64,000 nt of DNA from Chloroflexota bacterium (GTDB taxonomy: Bacteria > Chloroflexota > Anaerolineae > Aggregatilineales > Aggregatilineaceae), in the NCBI GenBank assembly GCA_037447125.1, contig JBBIHG010000003.1, positions 8,493-72,492 on the forward strand, read 5' to 3'. Position numbers and translations under genes: made by a program. This document shows positions 48,195-56,494 of the stretch, piece after piece (within the stretch, counting starts at the first letter, position 1; each line of letters opens with the position of its first letter). The notes below the pieces were generated by a model. The model had not been told where the DNA came from. It worked only from the letters and a program-made list of their open reading frames with translations, and searched no databases.

Positions 48195-49397
48195 TTGACC
48201 AAACACATGCCAAGCTCGCACTACGTGACCAATACCATCAGCGCCGCGCACAACCTGACCATCGAGATCGGCCCCGCCGTCTGGCGGCTGATCAACGGCG
48301 CGCGCCCTGCCGCTGACACGGCCCCCACCCTGCTCGAAGCGCACCCCGATGGCCTCAGCTACGCGCCGGCCTTCGCCCGCGCCCGCCAGCTCCCGCCGGG
48401 GAGATGGCTGGCCCCCGCCGCAGTCGCCCGCGTGGTCGTCGGCTGGGCGCCAGAGTATCAGAGCTGGCACCTGGGGCTGCTGCTCAACGAGGCGGACAAT
48501 GCGGCGGCAGAGCCGCGCTGGTGCGGGCTGGCAAGCTGGCCCCAGGGCGAAGCAGCCGAGCACGAGGCGGACGCCCGCCACGCGGCTCAGGCGCTGGCCC
48601 GGCTGCTGGACCGTCCGCTGCACGTCGTCGCGCCGCCCAGGTCCGCGCCGATCGCCACCCGCCTGCCCCCGGCTGCGCGTCCCCTGGTTGGGGCGGCCCC
48701 CCCGCCCCAGCCCGCGCCCGCCGGCATCGCCCTGTGCGAGCCGCCTTTCACCTTCGAGGGCTGGGCCTTCGTGGCGCGGCGGACGCGCTTCGCCTGGAAG
48801 CGGCGGGGACGTTGGGTGCTGGGCAGGCTGCTGCGCGCGCTGTTTCTCATTGTGCTGGCCGTGGGCTTCACGCTGCTGGCCAGCGGCACCATGGAAAGCG
48901 GCCTGGCCGAAGTCAAGCCGACCTGGCTGCCCATTCTGGGACTGGCTGTCGGGGTAGCTTTCCTGGTGGCGGCGCTGCGCGCGTTCTGGCAGATGATCAC
49001 CACCACCGACGTGGTGCTGGACGTCAAGAAACGCGAGGTGCGCGCGCGGAGCCGTTTCACGGGCAGCACGCGCTGGCGCCTGCCGTTCGAGCAGACGAGC
49101 TACGTGCTGCTGACCCACACCCCTCCTCGCCCCCTGGGACGCAAGGGCAAAGACGGACCGATGCGCGTGGCCCAGGATGTGTGGGTGCATCTCGCCGGCG
49201 GCGACCGCTTCTGGCAGGTGGTGGATCTGGGCCGCGTCGAGGGCGTCTCGCGGCAGTGGGAAGCGGCCCGCGCTGCCCTCAAGCAGCCCGGACGCCGCCC
49301 GATTCGGCTGGCCGATCTCGACAGTCCGGCGCACCAGGTCGCGCTGCACATGGCGCGCATCCTGGAGACGGATGTCTGGCTGGACGTGCGCAAGTGA
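48195..49397 (+). CDS. Hypothetical membrane protein (two central TM helices)
   Basis: Coding-like composition; TM pair 'WVLGRLLRALFLIVLAVGFTLLA' and 'WLPILGLAVGVAFLVAALRAF'. I recognise no family. Start at TTG 48195 or ATG 48207. Confidence 0.5.
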   Translation: MTKHMPSSHYVTNTISAAHNLTIEIGPAVWRLINGARPAADTAPTLLEAHPDGLSYAPAFARARQLPPGRWLAPAAVARVVVGWAPEYQSWHLGLLLNEADNAAAEPRWCGLASWPQGEAAEHEADARHAAQALARLLDRPLHVVAPPRSAPIATRLPPAARPLVGAAPPPQPAPAGIALCEPPFTFEGWAFVARRTRFAWKRRGRWVLGRLLRALFLIVLAVGFTLLASGTMESGLAEVKPTWLPILGLAVGVAFLVAALRAFWQMITTTDVVLDVKKREVRARSRFTGSTRWRLPFEQTSYVLLTHTPPRPLGRKGKDGPMRVAQDVWVHLAGGDRFWQVVDLGRVEGVSRQWEAARAALKQPGRRPIRLADLDSPAHQVALHMARILETDVWLDVRK

Positions 49398-49429
49398 GGG
49401 GCGTGCATATCAGTGCCGGGGCGAGGCTG

Positions 49430-49512
49430 CGCCGCAGAGGCCGGCAGGCGCGGCGAAGAGTCAGCAGCCCTCATTAGCTCTTCTCTGCGGCCTCCGCGTC
49501 TCTGCGGTTCAG
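49430..49512. repeat. REP-A element, copy 4
   Basis: GCGCCGCAGAGGCCGGCAGGCGCGGCGAAGAG ... CTCTTCTCTGCGGCCTCCGCGTCTCTGCGGTTCAG. Confidence 0.75.
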
Positions 49513-49623
49513 AGAAACTCGCCTCCGAATCCGTATGCGCCCGCAAGGTGGCCCTGATTGGCACCTGCCCACCGCGCATGGTACCATTCGACTAGATGCG
49601 CCCCTGGCCAGCGAGAGACGACG

Positions 49624-50151
49624 ATGTCTGACGCATTTTCGGGTCGCCTGGACAGCCGGCAGACCACTCGCCTGGTCCTGCTGGCCATCATCCTGCTGAC
49701 GGTTCCCTGTTATTGCCTGGGCGCGGTGCTGCTCGCCTATGCCCCCGCGGACAGGGGCAGGACCCCCCTCCCGACCGATCCGACGCTGGGCGGGGCCACG
49801 GCCTCTCCCGGCGTGCCGACCTACACGCCGTTCCTCACCGCCACCTACACACCCTACCGACCGCCGCTCCAGCCGACGCCGCCCCAGCTCTTCCTGCCGA
49901 CGAACACGCCCTTTATCATGCCGGCCACATGGACGCCAATTCCCACCTGGACGCCCTTCCCGACGATCACCACCGCGCCCACGCTGACGCTGCCGCCGTC
50001 ACCGACGTCCCCGCCGCCGACCGTCGCCCCGAAGATCACGCCGCAGCCAACCAACACACTAGCTCCAACCGACGTTCTGCCGCCGCCTACCGATCCGCCG
50101 ACGGACTCGCCGCTGCCCTCCCCCACCCAGGAGAGCCTGGGAGGGAACTGA
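49624..50151 (+). CDS. Membrane-anchored Pro/Thr-rich low-complexity protein
   Basis: ATG at 49624. One TM helix 'LVLLAIILLTVPCYCLGAVLLAY', then P/T-rich repeats (TPFPTITTAPTLTLPPSPTSPPPT). Confidence 0.5.
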   Translation: MSDAFSGRLDSRQTTRLVLLAIILLTVPCYCLGAVLLAYAPADRGRTPLPTDPTLGGATASPGVPTYTPFLTATYTPYRPPLQPTPPQLFLPTNTPFIMPATWTPIPTWTPFPTITTAPTLTLPPSPTSPPPTVAPKITPQPTNTLAPTDVLPPPTDPPTDSPLPSPTQESLGGN

Positions 50152-50189
50152 TGCGCCGGATCACGCCACGATAGGATACGCACGAGTCA

Positions 50190-51272
50190 ATGCCATTAGA
50201 CCTCCAGGAACATTTGCGGGCGCTGTGCACTGCGCCAGGACCGTCCGGCCACGAGGGGCCGGTTCGCGCTGTGATTCACGACGCCTGGGCTGGGCGCGCT
50301 GACGACCTGCGGGCCGACGCCCTCGGCACCCTGATCGCGGTGAAGCGGGGCAGCGGGCCGGAGCCGCGCCGCAAGATCATGCTCTGCGCGCACATGGACG
50401 AGATCGGCCTGATCGTCGCCGAAGTGCGCGAGGGCTTCATTCGCACCGCACCCCTGGGTGGCATTGACTACCGCGCCCTGCTCACCCAGCCGGTGCTGGT
50501 CCATGGCCGCCGGACGCTCAAGGGCCTCTTCGGCGCCGCGCCGCCGCACATGGCCCGCAGCCGCGACAGGTACCCCACTCCCGATGACCTGTGGGTGGAC
50601 GTGGGTCTGCCCGCCGACGAAGTCAGCGCGCTGGTGCGCGTGGGCGACATCATCACCCTGGACGCGCCTGCCGTGCCGCTCAAAGGCGATCACCTGGCCG
50701 CCAAGTCGCTCGACAACCGCCTGGCCGTCGCCGTGGTAACACTCTGCCTGGACGAGCTAAGTCGCCGCGATCACGCCTGGGACGTGGTGGGCGTGGCGGC
50801 GGTGCAGGAGGAAGTCGGCAGCTACGGCGCGCTGGCCGCGGCTTACCAGATCGCGCCGGACATCGCCATCGCCATTGACGGCTCGTGGGGCGTGCAGAAG
50901 GGCGTCGGCGACGACGAAGGCTTCGCCCTGGGCGACGGGCCGACCATCGCCCGCGGCCCCAACTTTCACCCGCTGCTGGTCAAGGCCCTGCACGCCGCCG
51001 CTGATGACCTGGAGATCGAGGTGCAGATCGAGCCGACGCCCGGCCACAGCGGCACCGATGCCTGGGAGATTCAAGTCAGTCGCGAGGGCGTCCCCACCGG
51101 GCTGATCGGCGTGCCCATGCGCAACATGCACACGCCGTCGGAGATCGTCAACCTGCGCGATGTGACGCGCGCCGGGCGGCTGCTGGCGGTCTTCATCGCC
51201 GGGCTGGCGCCGGACTTTCTGGACTCCCTCGCCTGGCCCGAAGCGAGCGCCCCCAAGGAGCGTGACGCATGA
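50190..51272 (+). CDS. M42-family metallo-aminopeptidase (FrvX/YsdC/TET type), paralog 1
   Basis: 'GPSGHEGPVR', 'MLCAHMDEIGLIV', 'KSLDNRLAV', 'VQEEVGSYGA', 'IGVPMRNMHTPSE'. Confidence 0.85.
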   Translation: MPLDLQEHLRALCTAPGPSGHEGPVRAVIHDAWAGRADDLRADALGTLIAVKRGSGPEPRRKIMLCAHMDEIGLIVAEVREGFIRTAPLGGIDYRALLTQPVLVHGRRTLKGLFGAAPPHMARSRDRYPTPDDLWVDVGLPADEVSALVRVGDIITLDAPAVPLKGDHLAAKSLDNRLAVAVVTLCLDELSRRDHAWDVVGVAAVQEEVGSYGALAAAYQIAPDIAIAIDGSWGVQKGVGDDEGFALGDGPTIARGPNFHPLLVKALHAAADDLEIEVQIEPTPGHSGTDAWEIQVSREGVPTGLIGVPMRNMHTPSEIVNLRDVTRAGRLLAVFIAGLAPDFLDSLAWPEASAPKERDA

Positions 51273-52309
51273 TGGACGTGCTGCGCGAGCTATGCGAGGC
51301 AGTTGGCATCTCCGGCGACGAGGGCGAAGTCCGCGCGCTGGTGCTCAAGCACATCCGGGATCATGTCGAGGACATCCGTATTGACGCGCTGGGCAGCGCG
51401 CTCGCCGTCAAGCGCGGCACTGGCGCGGTCAAGTTGCGCGTCATGGCCGCCGCGCATATGGACGAAGTGGGCATGATGGTCATGGGCTTCGACAGCGACG
51501 GCACCATCCGCTTCAGCGCGGTCGGCGGGCTGGACGCGCGCATCCTGCCGGGGACGCGCGTGCTCGTCGGCCCGGACAGGATTCCGGGCGTCATCGGCTG
51601 GCCGCCGCTGCACCTCAACAAGAGCCAGGACACCGTGCCCATTGACCGGCTGCGCATTGACATCGGCCTGACCAGCCGCGAAGCCGCCCAGAAAGCCCTC
51701 AAGCCCGGCGATTCCATCGCCTTCGCCAGCACGTTCGAGGTGCTGGGGCCGACCGTGCGCGGCAAGGCGCTCGACGACCGCGCCGGCTGCGCCTCGCTGA
51801 TACATCTGGTGCAGGGCGATCCGTTCCCCTTCGACCTGCACGTAGCCTTCACCGTGCAGGAGGAGGTTGGGCTGCGCGGGGCGCGGGCCGCCGCCGGCCG
51901 CATCCGGCCCGACGCGGCCTTCGCCCTGGAGACGACCGCCTGCCACGACCTGCCGCAAGACCCCGACGAGCCGGACCAGACGACGATCACCCGGCTGAGC
52001 GGCGGCCCGGCGATCACAGTGATGGATCGCTCGATGGTCAGCGACCCGCGCCTGGTGCGCCACCTAGTGCGTGCCGCTGAGGCGGCGGGCATCCCCCACC
52101 AGTTCCGCTCGCCGCAGCACGCCGGCGGCACCGACGCGGGAGCTATTCACAAGACAGGTGTGGGCGTGCCGAGCGTGGTGGTGGCCAACCCCTGCCGCTA
52201 CATTCACGGGCCGTATGCGATCATGAGCATCGCCGACTGGGAGCACCAGGCGGCATTGCTGCGCGCGGCGTGGGAAACGCTGGACGAGGATGTGCTCGCG
52301 CGCCCCTGA
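51269..52309 (+). CDS. M42-family metallo-aminopeptidase, paralog 2
   Basis: 'GISGDEGEVR', 'MAAAHMDEVGMMV', 'KALDDRAGC', 'VQEEVGLRGA', 'CRYIHGP'. The ATGA start overlaps the paralog 1 stop. Confidence 0.85.
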   Translation: MMDVLRELCEAVGISGDEGEVRALVLKHIRDHVEDIRIDALGSALAVKRGTGAVKLRVMAAAHMDEVGMMVMGFDSDGTIRFSAVGGLDARILPGTRVLVGPDRIPGVIGWPPLHLNKSQDTVPIDRLRIDIGLTSREAAQKALKPGDSIAFASTFEVLGPTVRGKALDDRAGCASLIHLVQGDPFPFDLHVAFTVQEEVGLRGARAAAGRIRPDAAFALETTACHDLPQDPDEPDQTTITRLSGGPAITVMDRSMVSDPRLVRHLVRAAEAAGIPHQFRSPQHAGGTDAGAIHKTGVGVPSVVVANPCRYIHGPYAIMSIADWEHQAALLRAAWETLDEDVLARP

Positions 52310-52340
52310 CAGGGGGCGACAGACTTTGGGAGGGACAACC

Positions 52341-52940
52341 ATGAGCGAGACGCAGGTCAAGTCAGAGACGCCCGTCTACCAGCTCAAGGTGACGCTGAAC
52401 GACAGCAAGCCACCCATCTGGCGGCGGTTGCTGGTGCCCGGCGACATCACCCTGGCATATCTTCATCATCTCATTCAGGCCGCCTTCGGGTGGTATGACT
52501 ATCACCTGCACCAGTTCATCGTGCGAGAGCAGTACTACAGCCAGCCGTCCTTCGAACTGGACGAGTATATGGCCAGAGTGGGGGATGAAAGACGCATCCG
52601 GCTCGACCGCCTGGTTCCTGGCGAGAAATTCAAATTCCGCTACGAGTACGACTTTGGTGATAGCTGGTTGCATGACATCCTGGTCGAAAAAATCCTGCCG
52701 CCCGATCCCCAGCGCACGCTGCCTGCATGCATCAAAGGCAGGCGCGCCTGCCCGCCGGAGGACGTCGGCGGCATTTGGGGCTATTATGGCTTTCTGGAAG
52801 CGCTCCAGGACCCCAATCACCCTGAACATGACGATTATCTGGAGTGGATTGGCGGAGAGTGGGATGCGGAGGCGTTCGATCTGAATGAGGTCAACGAGCG
52901 GCTGCAAACCGCCTGGAAAAGATTGAAACGGCATCGTTAA
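52341..52940 (+). CDS. pRiA4b ORF-3-like family protein
   Basis: 'YQLKVTLNDSKPPIWRRLLVPGDITLAYLHHLIQAAFGWYDYHLHQF' and 'ACPPEDVGGIWGYYGFLEAL' are characteristic of that family. Lower GC than its neighbours. Confidence 0.75.
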   Translation: MSETQVKSETPVYQLKVTLNDSKPPIWRRLLVPGDITLAYLHHLIQAAFGWYDYHLHQFIVREQYYSQPSFELDEYMARVGDERRIRLDRLVPGEKFKFRYEYDFGDSWLHDILVEKILPPDPQRTLPACIKGRRACPPEDVGGIWGYYGFLEALQDPNHPEHDDYLEWIGGEWDAEAFDLNEVNERLQTAWKRLKRHR

Positions 52941-52966
52941 GCACTGCGCCCGCCCTGCTGCATGAA

Positions 52967-53977
52967 GTGAGGATGACTCCTGTGGAAACCCTGATCAAAA
53001 CCCTGGCCGAAGCCTGGGGGCCGCCCGGCTATGAGCACCACATCCGCGACCTGATCCGCGCCGAAGTCGCCAATGCCGCCGATGAGATCACCGTGGACGC
53101 GCTCGGCAACCTGATCTGCCGCGTGGGGGACGGCCCCCGGCGCGTGCTGGTCGCCGCGCATATGGACGAGATCGGCCTGATCGTCAGCCACATAGACCGG
53201 CAGGGCTACGCGCGCTTCGCCAGCATCGGGGCGCTCTTCCCGGCGACGCTGCTCGGCGCGCGCGTGCGCTTCGAAAACGGGACCATCGGCACCATCGGCG
53301 TCGAGCACCAGTTCAGCAAGCGGCGCGAGCTGCCCGACCTGCCGGGGTTCTACCTGGACATCAGCACCGGCGCAGACAGCAACGCGCCTGTCGGCGTGGG
53401 CGACCCTGGCGCGTTCGTGGGCGAGGTCTTCCGGCGCGGCGAGCGCATCATCGGCAAGAGCCTCGACAACCGGCTGGGCTGCGCCGTGCAGATCGAGGCG
53501 CTGCGCCGCGTCAAGGAGACGGGGGCGCCGCACAGCGTCTACTTCGTCTTCAGCGTGCAGGAGGAAGTCGGCGCGCGCGGGGCCGGGCCGGCGGCCTACG
53601 GCGTGGAGCCGCACCTGGCGCTCGTCGTGGACGTAACTCCCTGCGGCGACCAGCCCCATGGCAAGGAGATGGCCATCCGGCTGGGCGGCGGCCCGGCGAT
53701 CAAGATGCGCGACGAGGGGCTGATCGTGCCGCCGGCGGTGCGCGACCTGCTCATCGCGCGCGCCGAAGAGGCGGGCATCCCCTACCAGCTCGAAGTGCTG
53801 ACCGGCGGCGGCTCGGACGGGCGCACGATTCAGGCGGTGCGGGCGGGCGTCCCCACCGGGGCGATCTCGCTGCCGCTGCGCTACGTACACACGCCCAGCG
53901 AGACGGCGAACATGGGCGACGTGCGCGCGGCGGTGGACTTGCTGGCGGCGGTGCTGGTGGGGGAGATTGCGCTATAA
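52967..53977 (+). CDS. M42-family metallo-aminopeptidase, paralog 3
   Basis: 'WGPPGYEHHIR', 'LVAAHMDEIGLIV', 'KSLDNRLGC', 'VQEEVGARGA', 'LPLRYVHTPSE'. Start at GTG 52967 or ATG 52973. Confidence 0.85.
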   Translation: MRMTPVETLIKTLAEAWGPPGYEHHIRDLIRAEVANAADEITVDALGNLICRVGDGPRRVLVAAHMDEIGLIVSHIDRQGYARFASIGALFPATLLGARVRFENGTIGTIGVEHQFSKRRELPDLPGFYLDISTGADSNAPVGVGDPGAFVGEVFRRGERIIGKSLDNRLGCAVQIEALRRVKETGAPHSVYFVFSVQEEVGARGAGPAAYGVEPHLALVVDVTPCGDQPHGKEMAIRLGGGPAIKMRDEGLIVPPAVRDLLIARAEEAGIPYQLEVLTGGGSDGRTIQAVRAGVPTGAISLPLRYVHTPSETANMGDVRAAVDLLAAVLVGEIAL

Positions 53978-54009
53978 TGCCTGAAATCCGTTGAGTCCCG
54001 GAGTTGGGC

Positions 54010-55089
54010 ATGGTGCCGCCTGTTCAGCAATCGTTATTCGTAACCCGACAGGCCAGGCGATATAACGTCCCATTTCCCTCCACCCGCTATCAGGGGAGCA
54101 AACTCAAGCTGGCGGAGTGGATATGGGCGAACGTTGAGGACCTGGAATTCGATACTGTCTTGGATCTGTTTGGCGGGACAGGCTGTGTCAGCCACTTATT
54201 CAAGACGGCTGGTAAGCGCGTCATCTACAACGATATCCTGCGGTTCAACTGGACTATCGGCCTGGCCCTAATCGAAAACAGGGATGCGCGCTTAACGCCA
54301 GCGGATATCGAACTGGTGCTTGAGCGACATCCCGGCATCAACTACCCCGATTTCATCCAGCGAACGTTCAGCGGCATCTACTTCACTGACAGCGAGAACG
54401 CCTGGCTGGATCGCGTTGTTTACAACATAGATCATTTGTTGACCGATCCGTTCAAGCAGGCTTTGGCGCGCTTTGCGGTGTATCAGGCTTGTATCGTCAA
54501 GCGTCCCTACAACCTCTTTCATCGCGCTAACCTGTACATGCGCCAGGCCAGAGTCCAGCGATCCTTTGGCAATAAGACGACATGGGATACACCTTTTGAA
54601 GTCCATTTTCGCGCTTTTGCCACCGAAGCCAACGCAGCCGTGTTTGACAACGCGCGCAACAATCGGGCTATTTGTGGCGATGCGCTCGAAGCACCTGTTG
54701 ACGTGGATCTGGTTTATATTGACCCGCCCTATGTGAACCACAGAGGCGTAGGGGTGGACTATCTGGATTTTTACCATTTTCTCGAAGGGCTTACGCTGTA
54801 TGATGAGTGGCAACAGCGCATTGACTACAGCACCAAGCACCGGCGGTTGCAGCGTTTGGAGTCACCCTGGACTAGACCCGGCACCATCCTGGCGGCTTTT
54901 GAGGCAGTGATTGCCCGTTATCGCAAGAGCATTCTGGTTGTCTCCTATCGCAACGATGGCATACCATCCCAAGATGCGCTTATAGAGGTGCTCAAGCGAT
55001 ACAAGAGCAATGTCTTTGAGGCCAATAAGCGCCAGAAGTACGTCTTGTCTAAACGCGATTCAGCCGAGCTGCTCCTAATTGCACTGTAG
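54010..55089 (+). CDS. D12-class (Dam/M.EcoRV-like) N6-adenine DNA methyltransferase
   Basis: 'RYQGSKLKLAEWI', 'LDLFGGTGCVS', 'LVYIDPPYVN'. Low GC (31/60 at 54181-54240, versus 43/60 at 53521-53580). Confidence 0.85.
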   Translation: MVPPVQQSLFVTRQARRYNVPFPSTRYQGSKLKLAEWIWANVEDLEFDTVLDLFGGTGCVSHLFKTAGKRVIYNDILRFNWTIGLALIENRDARLTPADIELVLERHPGINYPDFIQRTFSGIYFTDSENAWLDRVVYNIDHLLTDPFKQALARFAVYQACIVKRPYNLFHRANLYMRQARVQRSFGNKTTWDTPFEVHFRAFATEANAAVFDNARNNRAICGDALEAPVDVDLVYIDPPYVNHRGVGVDYLDFYHFLEGLTLYDEWQQRIDYSTKHRRLQRLESPWTRPGTILAAFEAVIARYRKSILVVSYRNDGIPSQDALIEVLKRYKSNVFEANKRQKYVLSKRDSAELLLIAL

Positions 55090-55113
55090 CCGCACTGTGG
55101 TGAGCCGAAGCAG

Positions 55114-55626
55114 ATGGCTTCTCAAGATGCATTCCGCGACTCCTTGGTCTCCTACTTTGGCAGGTTGCGTGAGCGGGTGACAACAGAGACGGGGGATTGG
55201 ACGGTAAAAGGATTCATTGACGTTTACCAGCGCATCTACACGATCACGCTGGACACCAAAGTGCTGTCCAAAGCACTTGAGTTGTTGATGTTTCCAGCGT
55301 TGGTCGAGTTTGCTCAGGCAAACGGCTACCAGATGGTGTTGGCCCGCCAACAAAACCAATATCCCGACATCAGTTGGCTAGCTCCCGATGGCGCCAAATA
55401 TGCGCTAGACATCAAGTCCACATATCGTAGAGTGGTGGATCGCCAGGGGAGGTCCAAGGTCAACGGGATGACGTTAGGGACGTACACAGGCTACTTCAGG
55501 GCGCGAGAAAGTGCCTCAATCACCACCTTTCCCTACCAGGACTATGCCAAGCATTATGTGCTCGGCGTAATCTACTCTCAGATCAAGGGCCTTGATGAGC
55601 GGCGTGTCTATGACATCGGCCAACTG
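55114..55626 (+). pseudogene. EcoRV-family restriction endonuclease, C-terminally truncated (ORF tail to 55722 is antisense of hepT)
   Basis: 'LDTKVLSKALELL', 'QQNQYPDISWLAPDGAKYALDIKSTY' and 'FPYQDYAKHYVLGVIYSQ' parallel R.EcoRV 'SDTKVLSTIFELF', 'QQNHYPDFTLYKPSEPNKKIAIDIKTTY' and 'YPFDQYIAHWIIGYVYTR' (recalled from memory). Similarity ends near aa 171 of an expected ~245. Confidence 0.7.
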
Positions 55627-55888
55627 CCACCAGGTCAACGCGGTCATACTCGTGGATCAGCTTGCTGCGCATTCCCGCGATCTGCTGCCAGGGTATCTCA
55701 GGGTGGCTGGCTCGAAAAGTGATTGAGGTGCGCCGGACAGCTTCACCAATGACCTCGATGCGCCGGATCACAGCGTCCTGGGTCTTGATATCCTGCTCAA
55801 AGGCAGCCTGATCCATGCCCTGCACGAAGGTCTGGATCATCTGTGCACTTTGCAGCATATCGAGCAGGTAGACCAGATCACGCTGCAT
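55583..55888 (-). pseudogene. hepT: HepT (DUF86/HEPN) toxin, second copy, apparently missing its C-terminal helix
   Basis: 'RSKLIHEY' Rx4HxY motif. Colinear with the 12859 copy up to 'DRVDLVAV' (down to ~55622). The remaining 12 codons are antisense of the endonuclease ORF. Confidence 0.65.
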
Positions 55889-56201
55889 ACACCACCCGCG
55901 CTGACTGCAAGATAGCCTTGCGCAGAAGATAATTCGGGTCGCGCTCGATGACCCGGCGATAGAGCAAATCTACCCGGCGGCCCAACAGCGCCTCCAGTTC
56001 GCGGCGCATTGCCTGGCGGTCGGGAACGGGATCGGCATCTGGCGCGAAAGTCACCAGCACGTCCACGTCGCTTTGCGGCCCGAAATTGCTGCGCAGCACC
56101 GAGCCAAATAGCGCCAGTTCGATGATGTTCCATCGCCGGCAGAACGCCGCAATGCCCTCCATCGGCAGATCAATCGGCAGCCGGTCTTGCGTCTTGCTCA
56201 T
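55878..56201 (-). CDS. mntA: MntA minimal nucleotidyltransferase antitoxin, second copy
   Basis: ATG at 56201 (MSKTQDRLP). 'LFGSVLRSNFGPQSDVDVLV'. Overlaps the hepT start by 11 nt. The tracked 311-aa ORF is an artefactual extension. Confidence 0.85.
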   Translation of the reverse strand: MSKTQDRLPIDLPMEGIAAFCRRWNIIELALFGSVLRSNFGPQSDVDVLVTFAPDADPVPDRQAMRRELEALLGRRVDLLYRRVIERDPNYLLRKAILQSARVVYAA

Positions 56202-56310
56202 CTCTGTCGCCCAATCACTCTCCTTCTTTGAGCGCCTATTATCCCCCAAACGCGGCGGAGAGAAAACCATCAGTTCAACAGGGTGTATCTCACGGTAGGG
56301 ACGAGATTCC

Positions 56311-56397
56311 TGAACCGCAGAGGCGCAGAGGACGCGGAGAAGAACTGGAACCTCTCGATACTTACTTTTCTCTGCGCTCTCTGCGTCTCGGCGGTGA
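56311..56397. repeat. REP-A element, copy 5
   Basis: TGAACCGCAGAGGCGCAGAGGACGCGGAGAAG ... TTCTCTGCGCTCTCTGCGTCTCGGCGGTGATC. Confidence 0.85.
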
Positions 56398-56494
56398 TCT
56401 CTTTCAGAAGATGAAATGCGCCCATTCAACACAAACCGCCCCCGCGCGAGTCCCTTCGCACGGGGGCGGTGCTTTGCCGCTAACTGCCGCCAGC

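Noticed and set aside
52937-53890. 317-aa minus-strand ORF
   Set aside because: Antisense to M42 peptidase paralog 3.
55583-55722. Genuine overlap of two full-length convergent genes (REase and HepT)
   Set aside because: In the overlap each ORF loses similarity to its own family and simply reads the antisense of the other. Truncation of both is the simpler reading, although it has not been tested.
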